64,000 nt of DNA. Origin: an uncultured delta proteobacterium (GTDB lineage: Bacteria > Desulfobacterota > Binatia > Binatales > Binataceae). The stretch is from the NCBI GenBank assembly GCA_963765675.1, contig CAVXXK010000001.1:1504001-1568000 (forward strand). Direction: 5' to 3'. Of the stretch, positions 30,786-40,724 are shown piece after piece (positions within the stretch are counted from its first letter, which is position 1; each line of letters begins with the position of its first letter). The position numbers were made by a program, and so were the translations under genes. The notes under the pieces are model-generated. The model worked only from the letters and a program-made list of their open reading frames with translations. It made no database searches and was not told where the DNA came from.

Positions 30786-31973
30786 ATGACTGAGTATTTG
30801 TACGATGTGGCGCGCCGCCTGATCGCTTTCGATACCGTCAGTGCGCACAGCGATGTCGCGGCGATCGAGTATCTCGCGGCGGAATTGCGCGCGCGGAAAT
30901 TCTCAGTCGCGCTTCAGCCGATCGAGCTGGGCAGCGTTGCGCAGGCCAACCTGGTCGCTTGGGCCGGCCCCGTGCGCGGCGACGGACTAATCATTTCGGG
31001 CCACGTCGATACCGTTCCGTTCGACGGCCAGCCCGGATGGACCCGCAATCCGCTCGCCCTGGAGGTGCACGGCGATCGCATTTTTGGGCGCGGCACAACT
31101 GATATGAAAGGCTTCATCGCCGAATGCCTGGACAGTGTGCGGCAATTCGATTTGTCGAAGCTCAAGCGTCCTCTGGTGTTTGTATTCACCGCGAGCGAGG
31201 AGGTCGGATGCCTTGGCGCGGAGAGAGTCGGACCCGCGATGCGCCAGATTCTAGGCGAGACGCAGGTTCCGCGGCTGGCGTGGATAGGCGAGCCGACCTC
31301 GTGGGCCGTCAGCCACGCGCACAAAAGTATAGTCCTGTTCGACGTTGTGGTGCGCGGCCGCGGCGGCCACAGCGGAGCGCCTGCCGCGGGCGTCAACGCG
31401 ATCGCGGTGATGGGCCGCGTTATCGACGCGATCGGGCGTATCCAGGAAGAACGCCGCGCCGAACCTCGCGCCGCGTTTCGCGCGATTTTTCCGGACGCGC
31501 CGTACGACGTCCTGAATTTCGGAACCATCGCGGGCGGGATGGCGCTCAACATGATCGCCGAGGAATGCACGCTCAGGATCAGCTACCGCTCGCTGCCCGA
31601 TACCGATCCGCTCGAGCTCTATCGCGAAACGGCGCGCCGCCTGCGCGCGCTCGATCTGCATGATTTCGCATCGCGGACCGCCGAGGCCGTGATCGATTTG
31701 CGGCCGCCGATGGTCGTGCCGCCACTCAACTCTCCGCGGGCGACACCGCTTGAGAGCGCGCTGTTCGAAGCGACCGGTGCGAAGGATTCGGGCGGCGTTT
31801 TGTTCGGGACCGACGGCGGATGGTTCGCGCAGTCCGAAATCATCTCGCTGATCTGCGGACCGGGCGAGATGGACCAGGCGCATCAGCCTAACGAGTACAT
31901 TAAGCGCGATTACTTCGAGCGCGGACCCTCAATTGTTCAGCGCGTTATCGAAAAGATTTGCTGCCGCGACTGA
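30786..31973 (+). CDS. M20 family metallopeptidase, acetylornithine deacetylase (ArgE)-like
   Basis: SGHVDTVP, GRGTTDMKGF, EEVGC, GEPT and AHQPNE. Confidence 0.88.
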   Translation: MTEYLYDVARRLIAFDTVSAHSDVAAIEYLAAELRARKFSVALQPIELGSVAQANLVAWAGPVRGDGLIISGHVDTVPFDGQPGWTRNPLALEVHGDRIFGRGTTDMKGFIAECLDSVRQFDLSKLKRPLVFVFTASEEVGCLGAERVGPAMRQILGETQVPRLAWIGEPTSWAVSHAHKSIVLFDVVVRGRGGHSGAPAAGVNAIAVMGRVIDAIGRIQEERRAEPRAAFRAIFPDAPYDVLNFGTIAGGMALNMIAEECTLRISYRSLPDTDPLELYRETARRLRALDLHDFASRTAEAVIDLRPPMVVPPLNSPRATPLESALFEATGAKDSGGVLFGTDGGWFAQSEIISLICGPGEMDQAHQPNEYIKRDYFERGPSIVQRVIEKICCRD

Positions 31974-31979
31974 TCGCGC

Positions 31980-33479
31980 TCAGCGTTTTCGCCAATCACC
32001 GCTCTGCTCGAATGCGTACGCCATTTCGAGCAGCGTCGCATCCTCGAAGTGGCGCCCGATGAGCATCATCCCGACCGGCAGCCCCTTGGACATCGCGCAC
32101 GGCACGCTTAATCCGGGATGGCCCGTCAGATCGAACGGCGCGGTATTGGTGATCATCGAATAAGGTGTGGCATCGTCCTGTCGGCGCGCTTTCATCGGCG
32201 TCGAGGGCATCACCAACGCGTCGAACTTCGCGAGCGCCGCGTCGTAAGCGGCGGTCAGCGCGCGCCGCGCATTCTGCGCTCGCGAGTAGAGATTTCCGTG
32301 GAAGCGCCGCGCCGTGAACTCGCCCAGCAGCGCCATGAACTTCACCGACGACGCCTCGAGGTTCGCGCGCTCGCCCCAGTGAGTGCCGAAAAACTCCGCG
32401 AGCGAGGCGTTGTATGATCCGGTGTGATGCGCGCCGACGAGCCCGGTGCGCATAAGCTGCGTCATTCCTTCCGGTATGATCGCAAAGAGCAGGTCGCCGG
32501 CGTCGACATGCTCGGGAACTGAAACCTCTTCGACCTTCGCGCCGAGCTTTTCCAGTTGCGCCGCCGCGGCGCGCACCGCGTGGTTAACGTCGTCCTCCGC
32601 ACCGGGTTGAGCAAAACCCTCGCGCAGGAGACCCAGCCGCTTGCCCTTCACGCCACGGTCGAGACTCGCGGTGTATTGAGGAACCGGGAAGTCGCGCAGT
32701 TGGCGATGATCGAGCGGGTCTCTGCCCGCGATCACTTCGAGCATCAGCGCTACGTCTTTGACCGTGCGCGCCATTGGACCGACATGATCGACCGACGGGT
32801 CAATGCTCATCACCCCGGTATACGGAACCAGGCCGTAGGTCGGCATGAGGCCCACGACACCGCACCACGAAGAAGGAATTCGAATCGAGCCGCCCTGGTC
32901 GGTGCCGATCGTGATGTCGATCCAGTCGTAATAGAGCGCCGCGCCCGAGCCGCTCGAAGAGCCGCCCGAGCAGTGCGCGGGATTGTGCGGATTATGCGTC
33001 GGTCCGTAAGCGCTGGTGAGGCCGTCGCCTGAAAGCGCGAAGTCGTCCATGTTGAGGGTCGCGACGATCTCCGCACCCGCGTCGAGCATTCGGGTCACGA
33101 TCGTCGCGTCGCTGTCGGCGACATAACCTTGCAGCACGTGCGAGCCGCCGCTTACGGGAATGCCGGCGACGCATACGCTGTCCTTCAGCCCGATTCTCTT
33201 GCCCGCAAGCTTTCCAGACGTTGCGCCAGCGATATGGCATCTCCGGACGACGGCATTCAGCGGATCGCCGACGCGATCGACACGAACACCCGGATCGCGT
33301 TTCGGATATCGCGCCACCGACGATTGCGGCTCCGGCGCGATCGCCATGATTCGCTCGAAGCCGCGCATCTGCGCGGCGATCGCGCCGCCCAGCGAGCGCA
33401 CTTCCGCGGGCGTGAGATCGATCTGATTAGCTCGCGCGAGTTCGCGCAGTTCATCGTCAGTCGGCGGTTTGATTGCCAT
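31980..33479 (-). CDS. Amidase (amidase signature family)
   Basis: LKD, SGGSSSGS and GTDQGGSIRIPS. Confidence 0.92.
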   Translation of the reverse strand: MAIKPPTDDELRELARANQIDLTPAEVRSLGGAIAAQMRGFERIMAIAPEPQSSVARYPKRDPGVRVDRVGDPLNAVVRRCHIAGATSGKLAGKRIGLKDSVCVAGIPVSGGSHVLQGYVADSDATIVTRMLDAGAEIVATLNMDDFALSGDGLTSAYGPTHNPHNPAHCSGGSSSGSGAALYYDWIDITIGTDQGGSIRIPSSWCGVVGLMPTYGLVPYTGVMSIDPSVDHVGPMARTVKDVALMLEVIAGRDPLDHRQLRDFPVPQYTASLDRGVKGKRLGLLREGFAQPGAEDDVNHAVRAAAAQLEKLGAKVEEVSVPEHVDAGDLLFAIIPEGMTQLMRTGLVGAHHTGSYNASLAEFFGTHWGERANLEASSVKFMALLGEFTARRFHGNLYSRAQNARRALTAAYDAALAKFDALVMPSTPMKARRQDDATPYSMITNTAPFDLTGHPGLSVPCAMSKGLPVGMMLIGRHFEDATLLEMAYAFEQSGDWRKR

Positions 33480-33505
33480 ATGAGTCACGAGGCCTCGCGT
33501 ATGTT

Positions 33506-34519
33506 CTACAAAAAATACGGCATCAAATGCACGTGGACGTCGCGGATCAGTTGCTCGGCCCCAATTCCCGGAACCTCGAAGAACACCGGGGAATCGAGTC
33601 CCGCGTCGACCAGTTTGGACAGGATCTCGCGGCATCGCGCAGGGCTGCCCGCGATCGTGAACGTATCGATCATCCAGTCGGTGACCATCGCGATCGGCAT
33701 CTCGCCGCGCGCAAGGCTCGCGCCGAACGCGCGGATCGTTTCGGGCTTGAGTCCCGCGGTGGCAAGGATAGGGACTTCCGGCTGCGGCGCCATCAGCGCT
33801 ACCAGCATCGCGATGAGTGGCTTCACGCGATCGCGCGCTTCCTGCTCGTTTTCCGAAATTGAAAGAATCTGGTAGCCGCCGACACGGAAATCCGCGCGCT
33901 TGCGGCCGGATTTGTCCAGTCCGCGGCGGATATGCTCGGTCGCGAAGTCAAGGTACGCGGGTGAGGTCATCACGCTCAGCAGCACGCCGTCGGCAGTTTC
34001 GCCCGCGAGTTCCAGATTCTTTGGGCCGAGCACTCCCAGATGGATTGGAATCTCGCTGCGATGCGGTGCGAAATTGAATTTGACGCCGTCAGTATTGAAC
34101 ACGCGTCCGTGGTGCGACACCGTCTCGCGCCGGAACATCGCGCGCACGATATCGATCGTCTCGCGCATCGCGGTCATCGGCCGCGTGTACGCGACGTGCA
34201 AACGGCCTTCCATCCAGTCCTTCACGCCCGCGCCAATCCCGAGAATCGCACGACCGTTCGAGATTTCATCGAGCGCGCCAAACTCCATAGCGATCATCGC
34301 CGGATGCCGCGTGTACGGATTCAGCACCCCGATCCCGATCTTGATTCGCGAGGTCGCCGCCGCAGCCGCTGCTGCCAGGCTGAACGCGCCGCGGAAGAAA
34401 TAATCCTCCGGCACCCACCAGGTGCCGAAGCCCAGCTCCTCGGCGAGCTTTGCGCTGCGAACGAATTCCCGCGCGTGCAGATTCTCGAATCCGACGCCGA
34501 ACTCTTTTACTTTGGTCAT
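33506..34519 (-). CDS. LLM class flavin/F420-dependent oxidoreductase
   Basis: AEELGF..WVPED, GVLNPYTRHP, LDEISNGRAILGIG and GPKNLELAGETADG. Confidence 0.88.
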   Translation of the reverse strand: MTKVKEFGVGFENLHAREFVRSAKLAEELGFGTWWVPEDYFFRGAFSLAAAAAAATSRIKIGIGVLNPYTRHPAMIAMEFGALDEISNGRAILGIGAGVKDWMEGRLHVAYTRPMTAMRETIDIVRAMFRRETVSHHGRVFNTDGVKFNFAPHRSEIPIHLGVLGPKNLELAGETADGVLLSVMTSPAYLDFATEHIRRGLDKSGRKRADFRVGGYQILSISENEQEARDRVKPLIAMLVALMAPQPEVPILATAGLKPETIRAFGASLARGEMPIAMVTDWMIDTFTIAGSPARCREILSKLVDAGLDSPVFFEVPGIGAEQLIRDVHVHLMPYFL

Positions 34520-34528
34520 CGCGCTACC

Positions 34529-35026
34529 TCAGTCGCCGAACGCCGGACGCGGCTCGCCTGCCGGTGCGTGCGGTGAGTAGTGGCAATGCCACATTTTCCG
34601 TTTCTTCGCACCGGTTTCATCCTGCCGCACGTACACTTCGCTGCCACGAAAATGCATCGACATCGGCTCTGTCGGCAGGTGTTGTCCCGACTCGGTGGGC
34701 TTCGCGTTCTCGAGCGCCTTCGCGATCAGGTCGGCCTCGAACGAGACCCACGCCATGTCGCCGCGGATATTGACCCGCAAATCCTTTTCGTTGCGCACGT
34801 CGCCGATCACCATCACATTCTTAAGAAAGGTCCAGAGTTGAACCCACTCATCGCGCTTGCCGTAGGTATGCCCGTTGAGATTGAAACCGTGAAAACCATC
34901 TCCGCCGACGAATACTCCGACCGCGTCCGGAATATTGAAGTTGACGTTCGCGCGCATCCATTGATTGTGCAGCCGTACTATTTCCTTGCGGTCGGCTTCA
35001 GTGCCTTCGAAACCTGGAATTGCCAC
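34529..35026 (-). CDS. NTF2/SnoaL-like protein
   Basis: Alternating beta pattern, GDMAWV, and C-terminal MWHCHYS typical of SnoaL-like folds. Confidence 0.65.
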   Translation of the reverse strand: MAIPGFEGTEADRKEIVRLHNQWMRANVNFNIPDAVGVFVGGDGFHGFNLNGHTYGKRDEWVQLWTFLKNVMVIGDVRNEKDLRVNIRGDMAWVSFEADLIAKALENAKPTESGQHLPTEPMSMHFRGSEVYVRQDETGAKKRKMWHCHYSPHAPAGEPRPAFGD

Positions 35027-35062
35027 GACATGTCCTCCGTACCCGCATCGCGGGTTTAAATG

Positions 35063-37450
35063 TCATTTCGAGCTCCGCGTTTTCGCGATCATCGCCACCA
35101 CTCGCTCCGGCGTGAGCGGAATCTCGTTGACGCGGGCGCTGAACGGCGCCAGCGCGTCCGCCACCGCGTTGGCAATCGCGCCCGGCGGCGCGATCGCTCC
35201 GCCTTCACCCATCCCCTTTATGCCGCCCAGCGTATATGGAGACGGCGATTCGAGATGCGCAATCTCGACGCGCGGAACGTCAGTCGCTGTCGGCGCCAGG
35301 TAGTCCATCAAGGTGCCGGTGAGAATCTGGCCGTCGCTGTCATACACGATCTGCTCGAGCATCGCGCTGCCAATTCCCTGCGCTACGCCGCCTTGGATCT
35401 GTCCGTCAACTACCATCGGATTGATCATCGTCCCGCAATCTTCGACCACGATGTACCGATCCAGCCGCACCTGTCCGGTGCCGGTATCAACCTCGACGGT
35501 GGCGATATGGGTCGAGTTCGCATGCGTCATCAGCGGAGGTTCATAAGTCTCCGCAACTTCGAGGCCCGGCTGCTCGCCGGCAAAGTTTCCGGTCGGTGGA
35601 AGATAGGCCAGGCGCGCGACCTCGGCGAGAGGCATGACAATCTCGCCGCGGGACTTGCGCACTACGGCGCCATCGCGCAGTTCCAGATGGTCGGTAGGAA
35701 TCTCGGTTGCGCGCGACGCGATACGCAAAATCTTTTCGCGCATCACCGCTGAAGCTTTCATCGTCGCGCCTCCTCCGACCACCGCACTGCGGCTGCCGCC
35801 GGTGCCCCATCCGTAGGGAATCTTCGCGGTATCGCCGAACTCGATTCGCACGTCGTCGAGCGGAACTCCCAGTTCGTCCGCCGCGATCTGCGCGAAGGTT
35901 GTCTGATGGCTCTGGCCGTGCGAATGCGTCCCCACCAGCACGGTAACCTTGCCCGCGCGATCGACGCGCACGGTCGCGGTCTCGTAACCGCCCATCCGCA
36001 TGCCGAGCATCATCCATCCCGCCGTGCTGGGCGCGGTGGTTTCGATGTACGACGCGATTCCCACGCCGATATATCTCCCGCGGGTGCGTAGCTCTGCCTG
36101 CCGTGCGCGAAATTTTTCGTAGCCGAGCATCTCGAGTGCCTTGGCCAGCGCCTCGCGATGGCTGCCGCTTTCGATCTGGAAGCCGACGACGTTGGTATAA
36201 GGATGATCTTCGAGGCGGATCATGTTGCGCATCCGCAGTTCCGCCGGATCGATCGCCATGCGTTGCGCGGCGATGTCGATCAGCCTTTCCATCACGAACA
36301 CCGCGATCGGCATCCCGACTCCGCGATACGCGCCGACGGTCGCCTTGTTGGTCGCGATTGAGATCGCCTCGAACTGGTAGGCTGGAATCTTGTAAGGACC
36401 GGGCATCGCGGCCGCCGCGACTCCGGCTTCGAGCCCGGAGCTGAACGGGAACTCGGTGTACGCGCCGATATCGCTGAGGCATCGCGCGCGCAGGCCGAGA
36501 ATCATCCCGTCGCAGTCGAGCGCGAGGCTGGCGGTTACGATCTGATGCTTGGCGTGCAACGACGCGATTAGATTTTCGCGCCGGTCCTCGATCCACTTGA
36601 CCGGCCGGCCGATGATACGCGCCGCGTGCGCGGTGACGATCTCTTCAGGGAACACGTGAGCCTTGAGGCCGAAGCCTCCGCCGACGTCGGGCGCGATCAC
36701 ACGGACGCGATTTTCCGCCGCGCCGAGAATCGCCGCCAGGTTGGTGCGCAGGATATGCGGGATCTGCGTCGACGACCACATCGTCAGCGAATCCGCCGCT
36801 GAGTCATATGAGGCGAGGCATCCGCGCGGCTCGATCGGCAGCGCCGCATGCCGCCCGGTCAGGAACCGCTCCGAGATCACGACGTCAGCCGAATCGAACG
36901 CGCGCGCCACCGGTCCAAACTCCGCGCCCGCGGATTGCAGGATATTGTCGCCCCATTCCTGATGCACCAGCGGAGCGCCGGATTCGAGCGCGCGCTCCAT
37001 GTCGGCGACGGCCTCGAGCGGATCGTAATCGACCTCGACCAGTTCGGCCGCGTCTTCGGCCAAGTAGCGATCCTCGGCGATGATCGCCGCAACCGCCTCG
37101 CCGACAAAGCGGACTTTTTCATGCGTGAGGACCGGCCACTCGACCAGCTTATGCGGAGGCGACGGCATCGCAGGATCCCATTCGAGCCGCAGCGCGCGCG
37201 AAACCTCCGGCAGGTCTTCGTAAGTGAGAACTGCGAGCACGCCCGGACTCTCCCGCGCCGCCGTCGCGTCGATTTTGATTATGCTCGCGTGCGCGTATGG
37301 GCTGCGCACGAACGCGATTGAGACGGTTCCCGGCAGGCGCACATCATCGACGAATTGCGATTTTCCCAGCAGGACGCGCGCGTCCTCAACCCGGCGCACA
37401 CGCGCCCCCACCAGCTTGCCCGTTCCGGCCGGTGTCTGCACCGTTGCCAT
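35063..37450 (-). CDS. Xanthine dehydrogenase family molybdopterin subunit (CoxL-like, not form I CODH)
   Basis: RVEDAR, VGGGFGLK, AYRGVG, SHGQSH, GQIQGGVAQG and KGMGEGG. Confidence 0.9.
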   Translation of the reverse strand: MATVQTPAGTGKLVGARVRRVEDARVLLGKSQFVDDVRLPGTVSIAFVRSPYAHASIIKIDATAARESPGVLAVLTYEDLPEVSRALRLEWDPAMPSPPHKLVEWPVLTHEKVRFVGEAVAAIIAEDRYLAEDAAELVEVDYDPLEAVADMERALESGAPLVHQEWGDNILQSAGAEFGPVARAFDSADVVISERFLTGRHAALPIEPRGCLASYDSAADSLTMWSSTQIPHILRTNLAAILGAAENRVRVIAPDVGGGFGLKAHVFPEEIVTAHAARIIGRPVKWIEDRRENLIASLHAKHQIVTASLALDCDGMILGLRARCLSDIGAYTEFPFSSGLEAGVAAAAMPGPYKIPAYQFEAISIATNKATVGAYRGVGMPIAVFVMERLIDIAAQRMAIDPAELRMRNMIRLEDHPYTNVVGFQIESGSHREALAKALEMLGYEKFRARQAELRTRGRYIGVGIASYIETTAPSTAGWMMLGMRMGGYETATVRVDRAGKVTVLVGTHSHGQSHQTTFAQIAADELGVPLDDVRIEFGDTAKIPYGWGTGGSRSAVVGGGATMKASAVMREKILRIASRATEIPTDHLELRDGAVVRKSRGEIVMPLAEVARLAYLPPTGNFAGEQPGLEVAETYEPPLMTHANSTHIATVEVDTGTGQVRLDRYIVVEDCGTMINPMVVDGQIQGGVAQGIGSAMLEQIVYDSDGQILTGTLMDYLAPTATDVPRVEIAHLESPSPYTLGGIKGMGEGGAIAPPGAIANAVADALAPFSARVNEIPLTPERVVAMIAKTRSSK

Positions 37451-37942
37451 CTATTTGGCTCCGCGCGTCGCGGCGGCGCGCCTGATCGCGGCAACGATAT
37501 TCGCGTACCCGGTGCATCGGCACAGGTTTCCCGAGATCGCCTCGCGCACCTGCTGCTCGTCGAGATTCGGTTCGTCCTTGAGCAACTCGCGCGCGGTCAT
37601 GAGGAAGCCCGAAGTGCAGAAGCCGCACTGCAGCGCATGCTCCTCTCGAAACGCTTCCTGCAGCGGACTCAGGTTGCCGTCGCACGCGAGGCCCTCAATC
37701 GTTTCAAGCGCGCAGCCTTCCGCCTGAACCGCAAGCATCAGGCATGACCGCACGCTCTGGCCGTCGAGCATCACGGTGCAAGCGCCGCATACGCCGTGCT
37801 CGCATCCAAGATGAGTTCCGGTGAGCCCCAAATCCTCCCGGATGAAATCGGCCAGTAGCGTGCGCACGCCGACTTCTCGCTCGACCTCGACGCCATTGAT
37901 GACGATGCGGATCGTGCGCCGCTCAGTGAAGGATTCAGGCAT
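37451..37942 (-). CDS. (2Fe-2S)-binding subunit (CoxS-like)
   Basis: GCEHGVCGACT, QCGFC and NLCRCTGY. Confidence 0.92.
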   Translation of the reverse strand: MPESFTERRTIRIVINGVEVEREVGVRTLLADFIREDLGLTGTHLGCEHGVCGACTVMLDGQSVRSCLMLAVQAEGCALETIEGLACDGNLSPLQEAFREEHALQCGFCTSGFLMTARELLKDEPNLDEQQVREAISGNLCRCTGYANIVAAIRRAAATRGAK

Positions 37943-38819
37943 CGATCGCCTCTTCAACTTGCGCAGGACCGTAGCATTGCCGAAGCGCCCGCTCGGTCAG
38001 CACGCGAACCAGATGACGGCGAAATTCGGCGCTCGCGTGTAGATCTGAGGAGGGATCGGCCTCGGTTGCGGCCATTTCGGCGGCCTCGTCGATGGCGCGA
38101 TTCGCGTCGCTGGTCGATTTAAGCGCCACGCCGGCGCTCGCGGCGACAACCGGAGTAGGGTTCGCGCCACCGATGCTGATTTCTGCGGAGACGCAACGAT
38201 TGCGCGAATCAAAGCCAATCGCGCAGGCGACGGCGACAATCGCGAAATCGCCGCGGCGGCGGCAGACCTCTGCGAACCCGAATCGGGTTGTGGGCGGCGC
38301 AATCGGGAAACGAATTTCCGTCAGGATTTCGTCGGGCTCGATCGCGGAAGTCATAGGACCGGAAAAAAATTCGCGCGCACCGATCGTCCGCGCTCCACGC
38401 ATCGAACGCGCGACGAGTTTCGCGTCGAGCAGAATCGCGAGCAGCGGCCATTCTGCGGCGGGATCGGCGTGGACGAGCGAGCCGCCGATCGTTCCGCGGT
38501 TGCGAATTGCGAGATGCCCGATCTCCGCCGCCGCCCGCGCGAGTATCGGAAGCGCCGCGCGGATTGCTGGCGAGGTCTCGAGCGTGCGATGGCGCGTCAG
38601 CGCACCGATTCTTGTTTCGCCGCGTTCGATCGTGATGAAAGAGAGTTCCGCGATTCGGTTGATATCGATGAGCGCAGAGGGCGTAGTCACGCGCAGGTTC
38701 AGCATCGGCATCAGGCTCTGTCCGCCCGCCAGGAGCTTCGCGCCCGGCTCCTCGGCGAGCATCCGCATCGCTTCGTCGAGCGTCTGTGGACACGCGTATG
38801 TAAAGCGTGGAGGTTTCAG
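37935..38819 (-). CDS. FAD-binding subunit (CoxM-like), probable CTG start
   Basis: AGGQSLMPMLNLR and RNRGTIGGS...ADPAAE. The conserved N-terminus (M)KPPRFTY begins at CTG 38819, after a GGAGA RBS. Confidence 0.88.
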   Translation of the reverse strand: MKPPRFTYACPQTLDEAMRMLAEEPGAKLLAGGQSLMPMLNLRVTTPSALIDINRIAELSFITIERGETRIGALTRHRTLETSPAIRAALPILARAAAEIGHLAIRNRGTIGGSLVHADPAAEWPLLAILLDAKLVARSMRGARTIGAREFFSGPMTSAIEPDEILTEIRFPIAPPTTRFGFAEVCRRRGDFAIVAVACAIGFDSRNRCVSAEISIGGANPTPVVAASAGVALKSTSDANRAIDEAAEMAATEADPSSDLHASAEFRRHLVRVLTERALRQCYGPAQVEEAIDA

Positions 38820-38988
38820 CGAGATTCTCCGAACCAGAGCGTCAAATAAAATTAATTACCGACATACTGTCAATAGCGACAGCGGCGCTGACAGGAATAT
38901 AGTCCATCCTGGGCGCTTGGCGCGATGCGCCGAATCGCGGTAGATTCGCGACGAATTTCTAAGACGCCACCGCCGGAGGTTGGATGCG

Positions 38989-39840
38989 ATGAATTCCTGG
39001 AATATCGGAGACGTGAAGATAAGCCGCATTATCGAGAGCGAGTCGCCGTGGCCGGGCACTTTTGTGCTGCCCAACGCCACGCCCGAGAACATGCTCAAGT
39101 ATGCCGATTGGCTGCAACCGCATTTCATGGACGCCAAGGGCAAGCTCATCATGAGCATTCACGCGTTGGTGATCGAATCCAAAGGCAAACGGATCGTGGT
39201 CGATACCTGCATCGGCAACGACAAGGTTCGTTCCAATCCGGTATGGAGCAAGCTCAAGCTTCCGTTTCTGGACAACCTGGCGAAAGTGGGATGCACGCGC
39301 GAGAACGTTGACAACGTAGTCTGCACGCATCTGCATGTCGATCACGTCGGATGGAACACCACGCTCGAGAACGGCAAGTGGGTGCCGACCTTCGCCAAGG
39401 CGAAGTACATCATCGGCGGCACCGAGTGGGATTTCTGGTCGCATTTTGACGGCGCCGACATGCGCGACCCGGTCGAGGATTCGGTGCGTCCGATCGTCGA
39501 TTCCGGACACGCGCAACTGGTCGATTCGAACCACAAGATCACTGACGAGGTCTGGCTCGAACCCTCGCCCGGCCATACTCCCGGTCATCACAGCGTGCGG
39601 ATTTCATCCAAGGGGCATGAGGCGGTGATCACCGGCGACCTGATGCATCATCCGATTCAATGCATGTTCCCGGAATGGGACGACTCGTTTGATTCCGACG
39701 GCGCGCTGGCCAAGAAAACGCGCCGCGCGTTTTGCGAGCGCTACGCCGATACGGGAGTGCTCGTGTTCGGCACGCATTTCGGCACCCCGTCGGCCGGCAA
39801 GATCACCAAGTCGGGCGACTCATTCAGATTTGGAGTATGA
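38989..39840 (+). CDS. MBL fold metallo-hydrolase
   Basis: THLHVDHVGWN, PGHTPGH and GDLMHH; GGAGG RBS. Confidence 0.9.
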   Translation: MNSWNIGDVKISRIIESESPWPGTFVLPNATPENMLKYADWLQPHFMDAKGKLIMSIHALVIESKGKRIVVDTCIGNDKVRSNPVWSKLKLPFLDNLAKVGCTRENVDNVVCTHLHVDHVGWNTTLENGKWVPTFAKAKYIIGGTEWDFWSHFDGADMRDPVEDSVRPIVDSGHAQLVDSNHKITDEVWLEPSPGHTPGHHSVRISSKGHEAVITGDLMHHPIQCMFPEWDDSFDSDGALAKKTRRAFCERYADTGVLVFGTHFGTPSAGKITKSGDSFRFGV

Positions 39841-39849
39841 TCCAGGCGC

Positions 39850-39880
39850 GCGGCGGCGTGCGTACGACGCGCGCCGCCGC
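39850..39880. terminator. GC-rich hairpin between convergent genes
   Basis: gcggcggcgtgcgt-acg-acgcgcgccgccgc. No U-tract. Confidence 0.45.
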
Positions 39881-39884
39881 ACAC

Positions 39885-40664
39885 TCACCGAATTTCTTCT
39901 GAGAAGCGCAGAGTTCCCTTCTTCAAACCTTCGAGGACAACTTCAACGCCCCCGCTGCGCATCATCCATTCGAGGCGATGGTCTCGGTACTGGCGCTTGA
40001 AAGCGCCCGATTCGAGCATCGCCGGGAGCGCGTCCATCGAGCCGGCGAATTGTTCGGCCGCCGCGACGGTTTTCTGCACACTCGGCCGCCGCTCGATTCG
40101 TTCGAGCGTTTTCGCGAGCGGCGAGCCCGCTTTCGGCGGTATTCCCCACACCGCGGAGCCGTGCAGGTAAGGATAAACGGACAGGTCGGCGCGGCCGAAC
40201 GATGCGCCGTTGAACCATTCGTGCGCACCGAGCTCGCGCTGCAGCCACGCGTGGATTCCCGCGGTCTGCTCGGTCGCGCGCGCTTCGAGCTTTGCCGCCG
40301 CCGCGCCGGTCACGCGCCGCCACGCGCGCACTTCCATCAGGCCCCAGTTGATCGCTTCGTAATAGGTGTCGCAAATCTCCTCGATCATTCTGATGCGAGC
40401 GCGCTCACGCGGCGCGGGCGGCATCAGGGGAGGCTGCGGCCATTTCTCGTCGATATAATCTAGGATTATCGTCGAGTCGAAAATCGCGAGTCCCTCGTCG
40501 ACCAGCGCCGGAACTTCCAGGCGCGGATTAGTCTCGCCGAATTTGGTTGGAGCGCCGCTGAACGCGTCGGGAATCTCGGTCTCGAACTCGAGGTTCTTTT
40601 CGTGCAGCGCGATTTTTACCTTCTGCACGTATGGGGAAAACGGATGCTCGTAGAGTTTAATCAT
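39885..40664 (-). CDS. Glutathione S-transferase family protein
   Basis: LYEHPFSPYVQKV, NPRLEVPAL, DSTII and FGRADL. Confidence 0.9.
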   Translation of the reverse strand: MIKLYEHPFSPYVQKVKIALHEKNLEFETEIPDAFSGAPTKFGETNPRLEVPALVDEGLAIFDSTIILDYIDEKWPQPPLMPPAPRERARIRMIEEICDTYYEAINWGLMEVRAWRRVTGAAAAKLEARATEQTAGIHAWLQRELGAHEWFNGASFGRADLSVYPYLHGSAVWGIPPKAGSPLAKTLERIERRPSVQKTVAAAEQFAGSMDALPAMLESGAFKRQYRDHRLEWMMRSGGVEVVLEGLKKGTLRFSEEIR

Positions 40665-40724
40665 GGACAGGACTCCTTTGATGGCGAGTGTTCTACCCGC
40701 GCGCGGTCTGCTAGCGTATTTCAA

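Noticed and set aside
35063-38819. Aerobic CO dehydrogenase (coxMSL)
   Set aside because: The loop is AYRGVG rather than AYxCSFR, and no cox accessory genes are present.
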